A stretch of 64,000 nucleotides of DNA from an uncultured Rhizobiaceae bacterium (lineage in GTDB: Bacteria > Pseudomonadota > Alphaproteobacteria > UBA828), in contig CAYSDJ010000008.1 in NCBI GenBank assembly GCA_964429775.1, positions 4,261 to 68,260 of the forward strand, in the 5' to 3' direction. The notes below the pieces were generated by a model. That model had not been told where the DNA came from. It did not search any database and saw nothing but the letters and a program-made list of their open reading frames with translations. This document shows, in pieces, positions 38,638 through 46,849 of this stretch (its first letter is position 1; each line of letters begins with the position of its first letter). The position numbers and the translations under genes were made by a program.

Positions 38638-39447
38638 ATGGCGAAAAAGAAAGCGAATGTGATCCTCACCGAGCGCTCAAAGAACGTGCTCACTGTGACC
38701 CTCAACCGGCCGGAAGTGCTGAACGCGGTCAACGGACCGCTCACCGAGCAATTGTTTGAGGAATTGGCGGCGGTGGAAAATGACGCGCGCATCCGCTGCG
38801 TCGTGATTCGTGGCGGCAACGGACATTTCATGGCCGGCGGCGATCTCAAACTGTTTCACGGCGAGCTCGACCGCGACGGTGACGAACGTCGCCGTTTCTT
38901 TGAAAAATTCGTCTATCAGGTGCATCCGCTTATTCAGGTCATCAAGCGCCTGCCCAAGCCTGTTGTCGCCAGCGTTGAAGGTGCTGCAGGCGGATTTGGT
39001 GTCAGCCTGATGCTGGCCTGCGACCTGGTCATTGCCGCGGATACGAGCTTTTACACCATGGCCTATTGCAGCATCGGCACCAGCCCGGATGGCTCCTCGA
39101 CCTATTTTCTGCCACGCTCCGTCGGCCTCAAAAAAGCCATGGAACTGGCCCTGCTGTGCGACCGTTTCGATGCCGAAACGGCGAAAGAATATGGCATGGT
39201 CAATTGGGTCGTGCCGGAAAAAGCCCTTGCCGCCGAGACCGCCAAACTCGCCAACCGTTTGGCAAGCGGGCCGACCAAAGCGTATGGCAACACCAAGAGG
39301 CTGCTTAACAACTCGCTGCACGCAACGCTCGACGATCAATTGCAGGCCGAGGCCGAAAGCTTCTCGCAATGTGCCGGCAGCGCTGACTTTGTCGAAGGCA
39401 TCAACGCGTTCGTCGAAAAACGCAAAGCCCGCTTCAAGGGCAAATAG
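38638..39447 (+). CDS. enoyl-CoA hydratase/isomerase (crotonase) family
   Basis: Crotonase oxyanion-hole motifs (FMAGGDL ... GAAGGFGVSLMLACD). Confidence 0.85.
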   Translation: MAKKKANVILTERSKNVLTVTLNRPEVLNAVNGPLTEQLFEELAAVENDARIRCVVIRGGNGHFMAGGDLKLFHGELDRDGDERRRFFEKFVYQVHPLIQVIKRLPKPVVASVEGAAGGFGVSLMLACDLVIAADTSFYTMAYCSIGTSPDGSSTYFLPRSVGLKKAMELALLCDRFDAETAKEYGMVNWVVPEKALAAETAKLANRLASGPTKAYGNTKRLLNNSLHATLDDQLQAEAESFSQCAGSADFVEGINAFVEKRKARFKGK

Positions 39448-39459
39448 GAGAGCAACCGC

Positions 39460-39927
39460 ATGGCCGAACGTTCACACGATTATTACGTCAAACTCGTCGA
39501 GCAGGATTATTTCGGCAGTGTCACGCGCCAGGACAAAGCCGCCATCCTCGATTGTTTCACCGAGGAGGCGCGCGTCACCATCTATCACGGAGACAACGAG
39601 CCGCGCCGCTTTGCCGGCAAATCGAACGCCGGCGAATCTCCGCTCGGCAGTTTTTTCGATCACTTGCTCACCAATTACGACCCGGCATTTGAGGATTTCA
39701 CCCACTATGTCGATGTCGCGAATGACCGCTGCGCCGCCCATTTCAGGGTTCACCTGACACCCAAGGCGGATTCGCCATATTTGGCCGCCGGCGTTCTGGT
39801 TTTGCAGAATTGTAACTTCTTCCGCTGCCAGGGCGGCAAGATCGACGACATGATTCTCTACTACGCCAATCCATCGGCGGCCAACGCCGGCGGGGCGATG
39901 CCGACCGGTTTTCCCAAACAAAAATAG
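39460..39927 (+). CDS. NTF2-like/SnoaL-like small protein
   Basis: 155 aa. The composition and spacing are consistent with an NTF2-like cone fold. The call is by weak similarity only. Confidence 0.45.
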   Translation: MAERSHDYYVKLVEQDYFGSVTRQDKAAILDCFTEEARVTIYHGDNEPRRFAGKSNAGESPLGSFFDHLLTNYDPAFEDFTHYVDVANDRCAAHFRVHLTPKADSPYLAAGVLVLQNCNFFRCQGGKIDDMILYYANPSAANAGGAMPTGFPKQK

Positions 39928-39947
39928 AAATGCGACAAGAAACTCTC

Positions 39948-40847
39948 ATGAATAAGAAAACACATTCCGGTTTTTTCGGCGTCTATCCGATGCTGTTGGC
40001 GTTTTTTCAGGCCGACGGCAGTCTTGATTTGAACACAACCGCCCGGCAAGTCGATGCCCTGGTTAAACACGGCGCGCATGGCTGTGCGGTGATGGGTTTG
40101 GGGACGGAGGTCAACAAGCTCTCCTATCAGGAGCGCCGTGCGGTGATCGATGCAGTGGCCGAGCGTCTGGATGGCCGCCTGCCCTTCTGTGTCACTGTGG
40201 GCGAGAACAATGTTGCCGGGCAGATCGAATTCGCCCGCGCCGCCGAGGCCGCCGGCGCCGATTGGCTGATCCTCCAGCCGCCAACCGTCGGCGAATTGCC
40301 GGAGCGGGAATTGCTGCGCTTTTTCGGCCAGATTGCCGAGGCGATCAGCCTGCCGCTCGGCGTGCAGAATGCGCCGCAATATTTAGGCATTGGTCTCTCC
40401 AATGCCGGATTGCGCGATCTGCACGCGCAGCACGAGAATTTCAAAATTGTCAAAATCGAGGATGACCCGCTCGCCTTGCCGCCGCTGCTTGACGCCACCG
40501 ATGGTGCGCTCGATGTGTTTGTCGGGCGCGCCGGCCTGGAGGCATTGGAAGTCTTCCGCGCCGGCGCCTGCGGCCTGATACCCGGCTTCGAAACTTTCGA
40601 CCGCTTGGCCCTGTTGTTTGATCATCTTGATGAAGGGCGCGATGCCGAAGCCGATGCGCTCTATCAAAGCGTCGAGCCCGCACTCGTCTTCATGCTGAAA
40701 TCAATCAACCATTTCGTTACCTATTCGCGCGAACTATCCGCCCGCCGCCTGGCGCTTGCGCATATACACCACCGGCTCGGCGTTGATGTGACGCCGCTCG
40801 GTCAGCGCCTGGTCGAGAAAATCGCGTTGCAGTTGGGCCCCCTTTGA
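39948..40847 (+). CDS. dihydrodipicolinate synthase/N-acetylneuraminate lyase (DapA) family protein
   Basis: TIM-barrel class I aldolase blocks (GCAVMGLGTE...GVQNAPQYLG). The stop overlaps the downstream HK start. Confidence 0.7.
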   Translation: MNKKTHSGFFGVYPMLLAFFQADGSLDLNTTARQVDALVKHGAHGCAVMGLGTEVNKLSYQERRAVIDAVAERLDGRLPFCVTVGENNVAGQIEFARAAEAAGADWLILQPPTVGELPERELLRFFGQIAEAISLPLGVQNAPQYLGIGLSNAGLRDLHAQHENFKIVKIEDDPLALPPLLDATDGALDVFVGRAGLEALEVFRAGACGLIPGFETFDRLALLFDHLDEGRDAEADALYQSVEPALVFMLKSINHFVTYSRELSARRLALAHIHHRLGVDVTPLGQRLVEKIALQLGPL

Positions 40848-41989
40848 GCGGCACACGAAAAACAACCGCGCGTCTCGACAATAGCGAAATCCTCGCCGCT
40901 GCCGGGCATGATTTGCGCCAACCGATGCACTCGCTCAATCTGGTTTTGGGCGCTCTCGCCGGACGTGCCGAAGATTCCGAAACCGCCGCACTGGTGAACA
41001 GCGCACAGATTTCAGCCGACGGCGTTACCAGTGTGCTGGAAACGCTGCTCGGAATTGCCACCATGGACGCCGGCGGCGCGGCGCCGGAAGTTTCCCAATT
41101 CGCCGTGCAGGACCTGCTCCAGCATCTCAGCGAACAATTTACCCAGCGCGCCGCCAATAAGGGTCTTCAGCTGCGCATTATGCCCTGCACCCTCAGCATC
41201 AGGAGCGACCGCGTGTTGTTGCAGCGGATATTGGAGGCGCTCCTCTCCAATGCCATACGCCATAGCGAAAGCGGGCATATCCTGCTCGGCTGCCGCCGAA
41301 CAAAGCGTGCGCTGCGTATCGGTGTGTTGGACCAGGGGCCGGGCCTGAACGAAGAAATGGCGGCGCGATTTTCCACCGTCAACAGCCAAGATGGCGCGTT
41401 TTCGAAATCAAGCTGGCGCGGCTATGCCTTGGGCCTCTCGATCGCGCAATATATTTGCGCCGCACTTGGCCATGACATGACCGTGGTGTCGCGCCAAGGA
41501 AAAGGTGCCGCTATTTGGCTGAAAGTGGATTTGGTCGGGGCGCAGACCAAAAGCACCGCAGAAGCCGTTTCCCCTCCCCCCCTCGCCCCGGAAGAGAGCG
41601 ATGCCGCCATCGCTATCATCGAGGACGACCCGGATATTCTATTTGCAACAACGCAATTCCTAACCGGTTGGGGATATCGCGTCTGCGGCGGCAAAACAGC
41701 AGCGGCGACAATTCAGGATATCGAGACGAATGGCGGCGGCGCCTGCCCTGATCTGGTGCTGTCGGATTTCAATCTGCCCGAGGGGCAAACGGCGGTGGAC
41801 GCGATGGCCGAACTGAACCATCACTTCGACACGGAAATCCCGGCCATCATTATCACCGGTGACCCGTCCGCGCCGGGTATCGCCGAGGCACGGGAGCTCA
41901 ATTACGAAATTCTGAACAAGCCGCTGCGCGCCGCCAAGCTGCGCGCGCTGGTTCGCTACACCCTGGCGGAGAGACCGCAAACATCGTGA
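40844..41989 (+). CDS. cytoplasmic hybrid histidine kinase (HisKA-HATPase-REC) with no sensor domain
   Basis: H-box AAGHDLRQPMHS at residue ~22 and N/G boxes (LSNAIRHS, GYALGLSIAQ). C-terminal receiver with LVLSDFNLPEGQ and no TM segment. Confidence 0.8.
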   Translation: MSGTRKTTARLDNSEILAAAGHDLRQPMHSLNLVLGALAGRAEDSETAALVNSAQISADGVTSVLETLLGIATMDAGGAAPEVSQFAVQDLLQHLSEQFTQRAANKGLQLRIMPCTLSIRSDRVLLQRILEALLSNAIRHSESGHILLGCRRTKRALRIGVLDQGPGLNEEMAARFSTVNSQDGAFSKSSWRGYALGLSIAQYICAALGHDMTVVSRQGKGAAIWLKVDLVGAQTKSTAEAVSPPPLAPEESDAAIAIIEDDPDILFATTQFLTGWGYRVCGGKTAAATIQDIETNGGGACPDLVLSDFNLPEGQTAVDAMAELNHHFDTEIPAIIITGDPSAPGIAEARELNYEILNKPLRAAKLRALVRYTLAERPQTS

Positions 41990-42030
41990 GGCGCGCCGGC
42001 ATCTGCCGAACGCGCCTCACATTTCATGGT

Positions 42031-42411
42031 TTACCAGTGCCAAACCTGGTCATGCGCATCGCATATGGCGGGAATATTCGAGCGCGATACCTGCTTGACG
42101 CCATCAACCAGATTTGCGTCCGCCAAGCCGCGCTCGGCCAAATCCTCGCTGGCGATATACACCTCTACGCCTTTGCCGACCAGGCCGCCGATATCGCGCG
42201 CCATGTTCGGCGGTTGGGTTTGTTTCCAGGCGCCAAATGAGAGCCCGGATGCGTCCTGGCCGTTGATCGCGTAATTGACGGCATTGCCGCGCAACAAAAC
42301 ATTGAGATCAGCACCCGCACCTTTCATCGCGTGGCTGATCCAGACGATGGTATCGTCTTGCTCCTCTTGCGTGGCGCGGTAGGCCGATTCGATAACCTGC
42401 AATACTTTCAT
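42031..42411 (-). CDS. DsrH/TusB-like sulfur-relay family protein
   Basis: Small protein, third gene of the DsrEFH-like triad, with a TusB-like LLRGNAV...W C-terminus. Confidence 0.45.
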   Translation of the reverse strand: MKVLQVIESAYRATQEEQDDTIVWISHAMKGAGADLNVLLRGNAVNYAINGQDASGLSFGAWKQTQPPNMARDIGGLVGKGVEVYIASEDLAERGLADANLVDGVKQVSRSNIPAICDAHDQVWHW

Positions 42412-42420
42412 GATCCCCTC

Positions 42421-42834
42421 CTAGCGCGTGCCGATGGTGAGCGTGTTGTCGGACTCACCAGCCATGGACCAAAGATCCCCCGGCGTGCCGCGCCTGACAC
42501 CATCGATGGCATCGCCGACGCCGCGTTCATCGACACAGAGACCGCAATTCACCCAATCCAGTTTACCGCCATTTTTCTTGGCCTCGGTGATCAGCGCCGC
42601 GACCCAATCCTTGGGCAAGGGATGGTTTTCCTCTTCCACGTCATGTCCGTGCACCGCATTGGGATGCGCCGCCTGCTGGGCAAATGGCACACATACGGCC
42701 CCCTCATAAGCGAATACGTTTATGTCATAGCCGCGCGCCGCGGCGATATTCATCAGACGCAGCGCCGTGGTGTTGCGCGCGCTTTCATAGGGCGCGTCCA
42801 TCAGCGCAAATGTCAGTGTTTTCTTGTCAGCCAT
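42421..42834 (-). CDS. DsrE/TusD-like sulfur-relay protein with conserved Cys (NCGLC) and His-containing insertion
   Basis: MADKK...APYES N-terminal block. A Cys lies in the position of the TusD/DsrE active-site Cys (WVNCGLCVDERGV). Confidence 0.55.
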   Translation of the reverse strand: MADKKTLTFALMDAPYESARNTTALRLMNIAAARGYDINVFAYEGAVCVPFAQQAAHPNAVHGHDVEEENHPLPKDWVAALITEAKKNGGKLDWVNCGLCVDERGVGDAIDGVRRGTPGDLWSMAGESDNTLTIGTR

Positions 42835-42844
42835 TATCCCCTCC

Positions 42845-43171
42845 CTAATGCCACATGGTTTTGCAGCCGTCGGCCAAACCGTCGACGACAACATCCAGCG
42901 GCGATGATTTCACCCCGACCTGCAATTGCGCCGCATCAATGGCGCGTTCGCGCAGCGAAAAATCATCCGCCAACACTTCGATCCCCGCTTTTATGGCGCT
43001 TTCCAGCGCATCGGAACTGGCGCCTTGACGCGCCGGCAACACACCGTTCTGAACGAGAAACAAGGTGACCTCATTGCCTTCGTTCGCGAGGCCCCGGGCG
43101 AGGTCGAAATAATTGCCAACATCAGCTGATTCATAAGGGTCGCGAGATTCGATTAAGAGATATTTGCTCAT
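42845..43171 (-). CDS. DsrE/DsrF-family protein (no active-site Cys; DsrF/TusC-like)
   Basis: MSKYLLIESRDPYES...VTLFLVQNGV has the DsrE/F fold pattern. It is the first gene of the triad. Confidence 0.55.
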   Translation of the reverse strand: MSKYLLIESRDPYESADVGNYFDLARGLANEGNEVTLFLVQNGVLPARQGASSDALESAIKAGIEVLADDFSLRERAIDAAQLQVGVKSSPLDVVVDGLADGCKTMWH

Positions 43172-43321
43172 CTATTGTCCTCCCCATTTAAGTCGCCCAA
43201 CAATGCTAGGTCCGCTTGCGCCCGTCGGCCAATAAACTAATCGTGTGCGAACGTTGGCGCGACCGGGTAGCATGGCGAAAATTCATACAGCCATGCGAGT
43301 TTCAACAAGAAGGGAGACAAA

Positions 43322-43912
43322 ATGAGTTCCGACGCAGCGGATGCAAAAACAGCGCTTAGAGTGAGAGCGCTTGAATCGTTGCTGCTCGAAAAGGGGCTGA
43401 TCGAGACGGACGCGATCGACGAGCTGGTCGATATGTTCGAAAACCGGCTTGGCCCCTGGAACGGCGCCAAGGTCGTCGCCCGGGCATGGACCGACCCCGC
43501 CTTTAAGGAGCGGCTGTTGCAGGACGGCACGGCGGCGCTGGCGGATATGGGTTTCGACACCATCCAGGGCGAAGAAATGGTGATCGTCGAGAACACCCCA
43601 GCTATCCACAATGTTATCGTCTGCACGCTCTGTTCCTGCTTCCCCTGGGCGGTCCTCGGCCTGCCGCCGGTATGGTATAAATCGGCGCCCTACCGGGCCG
43701 AGGCGGCGCGCGACCCGCGTGGTGTGCTGCGCGAATTCGGCACCGAAATAGACGGCGAGACCGAAGTACGCGTGTGGGACAGCAATGCCGAGCTACGCTA
43801 CATGGTGTTGCCCGAGCGGCCGGCGGGAACCGACGATATGGACGCAGCGGCGCTGGCCGAGCTGGTCACACGCGATTCGATGATCGGTGTCAGCAAGGTG
43901 GCGCCGCCATGA
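43322..43912 (+). CDS. nitrile hydratase alpha subunit-like protein (Co-type claw motif VCTLCSC)
   Basis: Near-collinear with Rhodococcus NHase alpha. The [10 protein letters not shown] metal-binding claw lies at nt 43622..43639. An RBS AGAAGGGAG precedes the ATG. Confidence 0.9.
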   Translation: MSSDAADAKTALRVRALESLLLEKGLIETDAIDELVDMFENRLGPWNGAKVVARAWTDPAFKERLLQDGTAALADMGFDTIQGEEMVIVENTPAIHNVIVCTLCSCFPWAVLGLPPVWYKSAPYRAEAARDPRGVLREFGTEIDGETEVRVWDSNAELRYMVLPERPAGTDDMDAAALAELVTRDSMIGVSKVAPP

Positions 43913-43937
43913 GCGCGCGCCTGAGAGGAGACCTGAG

Positions 43938-44249
43938 ATGAACAGCATTCACGATATGGGCGGCATGCACGGCCTCGGACCGCTTGATCTTTCAGACGAT
44001 GATATCGTCTTTCATGCCGCCTGGGAGGGCCGCGTCATGGCGCTGGCCCGCGCCATGATGGCGGGCAAGCACTTCAATCTCGATGAATACCGTCACGCCA
44101 TGGAGCGCATCGACCCGGCCCGCTACCTGCAACTCAGCTATTATGAGAAATGGCTGGAAGGCACGCTCACGATGCTGATGGAGAAGGGCGTTATCACGCA
44201 GCTGGAGTTCGATGCGCATTTAAACAAATTGACAGAGGCGGATTCGTGA
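43938..44249 (+). CDS. nitrile hydratase beta subunit, N-terminal-half protein (split beta)
   Basis: MNSIHDMGGMHGLGP...FHAAWEGRVMA matches the NHase beta N-domain. It ends at the domain linker. Confidence 0.8.
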   Translation: MNSIHDMGGMHGLGPLDLSDDDIVFHAAWEGRVMALARAMMAGKHFNLDEYRHAMERIDPARYLQLSYYEKWLEGTLTMLMEKGVITQLEFDAHLNKLTEADS

Positions 44250-44599
44250 TGCCGGTGGTCAATCTCGAATTGGTCAAGAGCCTCTACAAAACCCCTGGCG
44301 CCGCCCGCTTGCCGGTCGATGTGGCGCCGCGCTTCAAGGCCGGCGATTCGATCGTCGCGCGCAATATCAACCCGCCCGGTCACACCCGCCTGCCGCGCTA
44401 TATCCGCGACAAGAAAGGTGTTGTCGAACACGATCTCGGCGTCTTCCACCTACCCGATTCACGCGCCGCCGGCAGCGGCGATAACGCGCAGCACATGTAC
44501 ACCGTGCGCTTCGAAGCACGCGAAGTCTGGGGCGACGAAGCGCCGGCCAATGACAGCCTGCGGATTACACTGTGGGACGACTATATGAACCCGGCCTGA
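44249..44599 (+). CDS. nitrile hydratase beta subunit, C-terminal-half protein (split beta)
   Basis: The ATG overlaps the previous stop (TGATG). FKAGDSIVARNINPPGHTRLPRYIRDKKG...YTVRFEAREVWG matches the NHase beta C-domain. Confidence 0.8.
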   Translation: MPVVNLELVKSLYKTPGAARLPVDVAPRFKAGDSIVARNINPPGHTRLPRYIRDKKGVVEHDLGVFHLPDSRAAGSGDNAQHMYTVRFEAREVWGDEAPANDSLRITLWDDYMNPA

Positions 44600-44621
44600 G
44601 CGGCAAATAAGAGAAACAGCG

Positions 44622-45344
44622 ATGCGAAAAATCCTCGCCGTGCCGAACCTCACCATGCCCGAGCAACGTGCCGGCGCCACCCTGCCGCGCGACAGCGACG
44701 ATGTGGTTTTCTCCGAGGCATGGCAGGCACATGCCTTTGCCGTGATTATGTCGCTCTATCAGGATGGTCATTATAATTGGGCCGAATGGGACGATTATCT
44801 CGGCCATTGCATCCAGGCACCCGGGCATTTCGCCAAAGCCCCGGGCGAAGACACCGAAGGCGGCGAGGAAGCGATTCGTACTGGAAGCAATCGAAGCCCG
44901 TTCCTTACCGCCTGTGAGCGTGACGGCGCGAAATATTATCATTTTTGGCTCGCCGCGACGGAACAATTGCTCGACGCCAAAGGCCTGGTGAGCACCGCCG
45001 AATTGGATGCGCGTGTTGCCGCCATCGACAAGGCCGAACAGTCCGGGCCGCGCTTTAGCGCCGGAGGGCGCGTTCTGGTGCGAGACATCAAGCGCGAGGG
45101 CCACACCCATCTGCCGCTCTATCTGCGCGGCAAGACCGGCGTGGTGGAAAGCGACCGCGGCTTGTTCGTCTTTCCCGAAGGTGCCGGGCATAATCATGAT
45201 CACGATCATAAGCATGACGGTGCCGACACCCTGCAGCATGTCTTTTGCGTCCGCTTTTCAGCAACGGATATTTGGGGTGAATCAGCTTCCGCCACACATG
45301 ATTTGAATTTCAATCTCTGGGACTATCAGTTGGAGGCAGCATGA
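44622..45344 (+). CDS. full-length NHase beta-like paralogue / accessory (activator)-like protein with His-rich insertion (GHNHDHDHKHDG)
   Basis: The N-terminus (LPRDSDDVVFSEAWQAHAFAV) resembles NHase activator/accessory proteins. The C-terminus (GGRVLVRDIKREGHTHLPLYLRGKTG...FCVRFSATDIWG) resembles the beta C-domain. Confidence 0.7.
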   Translation: MRKILAVPNLTMPEQRAGATLPRDSDDVVFSEAWQAHAFAVIMSLYQDGHYNWAEWDDYLGHCIQAPGHFAKAPGEDTEGGEEAIRTGSNRSPFLTACERDGAKYYHFWLAATEQLLDAKGLVSTAELDARVAAIDKAEQSGPRFSAGGRVLVRDIKREGHTHLPLYLRGKTGVVESDRGLFVFPEGAGHNHDHDHKHDGADTLQHVFCVRFSATDIWGESASATHDLNFNLWDYQLEAA

Positions 45345-45943
45345 TGGAAAAATCTGCTGCAGGTGAGCTGGCACGCCTGATTCGTGAGGATGACGGCGCT
45401 CTCTATGCCGACGATGCCGCCGCCCGCGCCATCGCCATCGTCATGAACCTGTTTCACCAGGAGCATTACGCCTGGCCGCAATGGGTCGACAAGTTCAGCG
45501 CCGAAATCGATGCGCCGGGGCATTTCCGGCATTCGCCGGATAGCGCCGAACACGCCGAGGCCGTGCTGAGCGGTGACGCCAAGCGCATCAATCGCAATTA
45601 CGCCGAGCTGTGGCTCGCCGCTTGTGAAAAGCTATTGCAAGAAAAAGGACTAACGACGCCAGCTGAACTTAGCGCCAAGCTGGCAACGCTACAGCCTAAA
45701 CAACCGCCCGCCCATGCCTTCGCGCTGGGCACGCGCGTTATTGTGCGCGATATCGAACCGTCTGAATCAGATCATTTGCCGCTATTCATACGCGGCAAGG
45801 CCGGCAGCGTGGAACGGCAATTGGGCGAGGCTAAATATAATGTTCGCTTCACGGCGCAAGAGATTTGGGGCACCGACGCACCCGGGCGGGACAGTTTAAA
45901 CTTCACCATCGCGCACCAATATCTGTCGCCCGAAAACTCCTAG
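45341..45943 (+). CDS. second full-length NHase beta-like paralogue / accessory-like protein
   Basis: The ATG overlaps the previous stop (ATGA). Features are DDGALYADDAAARAIAIV... and a beta C-domain-like GTRVIVRDIEPSESDHLPLFIRGKAG...YNVRFTAQEIWG. Confidence 0.7.
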   Translation: MMEKSAAGELARLIREDDGALYADDAAARAIAIVMNLFHQEHYAWPQWVDKFSAEIDAPGHFRHSPDSAEHAEAVLSGDAKRINRNYAELWLAACEKLLQEKGLTTPAELSAKLATLQPKQPPAHAFALGTRVIVRDIEPSESDHLPLFIRGKAGSVERQLGEAKYNVRFTAQEIWGTDAPGRDSLNFTIAHQYLSPENS

Positions 45944-46848
45944 AGCCAGGCGGCGCCGCGCATGCCGCTTTCGGGCCCGTGTGCCGCTTTGACCAAGCGC
46001 GTGGCGGTTGGTTTCGTGCCGGTATGGCGCCCCCAAAGCTCGGGAACCTGCTCATAGAGGCCGCTGATTTCCGACAGGCCGCCGCCGAGAACAATGATAT
46101 CGGGGTCGAAAAAATTGATCGCGCTCGCCAGTGCGCGGGCCAGACGCTCGGCATATTGCGAGATCGCCTGTTTGGCCGCCGCGTCGTTCTCCTCGGCGAG
46201 CCGCGAGATTTCCTTGGCTTTGGCCTCGCTTCCGCTCAACGCCTGATAATCGCGCGACAAGGCGGCGCCGTTGAGCCAGGTTTCGATACATCCTATCTGG
46301 CCGCAGCCGCACATTGTTTCCGCGCCATCCTCCGGCGTGCGCCACGGCAAGGGATTGTGGCCCCATTCGCCGGCAATGGCGTTGGCGCCGGTGACGATTT
46401 GCCCATTGACGACAATGGCGCCGCCGACACCGGTGCCGAGGATGACGCCAAACACCAGCTTGGCGCCGGCAGCGGAACCATCCGTCGCCTCCGAGAGAGC
46501 AAAACAATTGGCGTCATTGCCGATATGGACCGGACGCTCAAACAGGCGCTCGAGATCGGGGCGGAACGGCTTGTCGCGAAGCCACGGCAAATTGGCCACC
46601 ATGACGGGCTCGCCCGAACGATTGACCACGCCCGGCATGCTGATGCCGATCCTGTTGGCCCGCCCGGCATGTTCCTCGAGATGCGAGACGGTATCGGAAA
46701 TATTCTCGACGGTGCCGTTATAATCGCGCGATATTTCGCTGCGAAAGCGCGCCCGTTCCCTGCCCTCACCGTCGAGGATCATGGCTGCTATTTTTGTTCC
46801 GCCGATATCGATTCCGATACGCATATCAGCGCCGCCGGTTTCATTCAT
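45940..46848 (-). CDS. ROK-family sugar kinase (N-acetylglucosamine kinase-like)
   Basis: MRIGIDIGGTKI and the CxCGxxGC zinc motif (CGCGQIGCIE). An alternative start lies at 46824. Confidence 0.8.
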   Translation of the reverse strand: MNETGGADMRIGIDIGGTKIAAMILDGEGRERARFRSEISRDYNGTVENISDTVSHLEEHAGRANRIGISMPGVVNRSGEPVMVANLPWLRDKPFRPDLERLFERPVHIGNDANCFALSEATDGSAAGAKLVFGVILGTGVGGAIVVNGQIVTGANAIAGEWGHNPLPWRTPEDGAETMCGCGQIGCIETWLNGAALSRDYQALSGSEAKAKEISRLAEENDAAAKQAISQYAERLARALASAINFFDPDIIVLGGGLSEISGLYEQVPELWGRHTGTKPTATRLVKAAHGPESGMRGAAWL

Positions 46849-46849
46849 A

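Noticed and set aside
43938-44599. Calling the split NHase beta a frameshift pseudogene
   Set aside because: The break is exactly at the inter-domain linker with a TGATG stop-start overlap, the same place natural three-subunit relatives are split. It is kept as two genes, with the indel alternative flagged.
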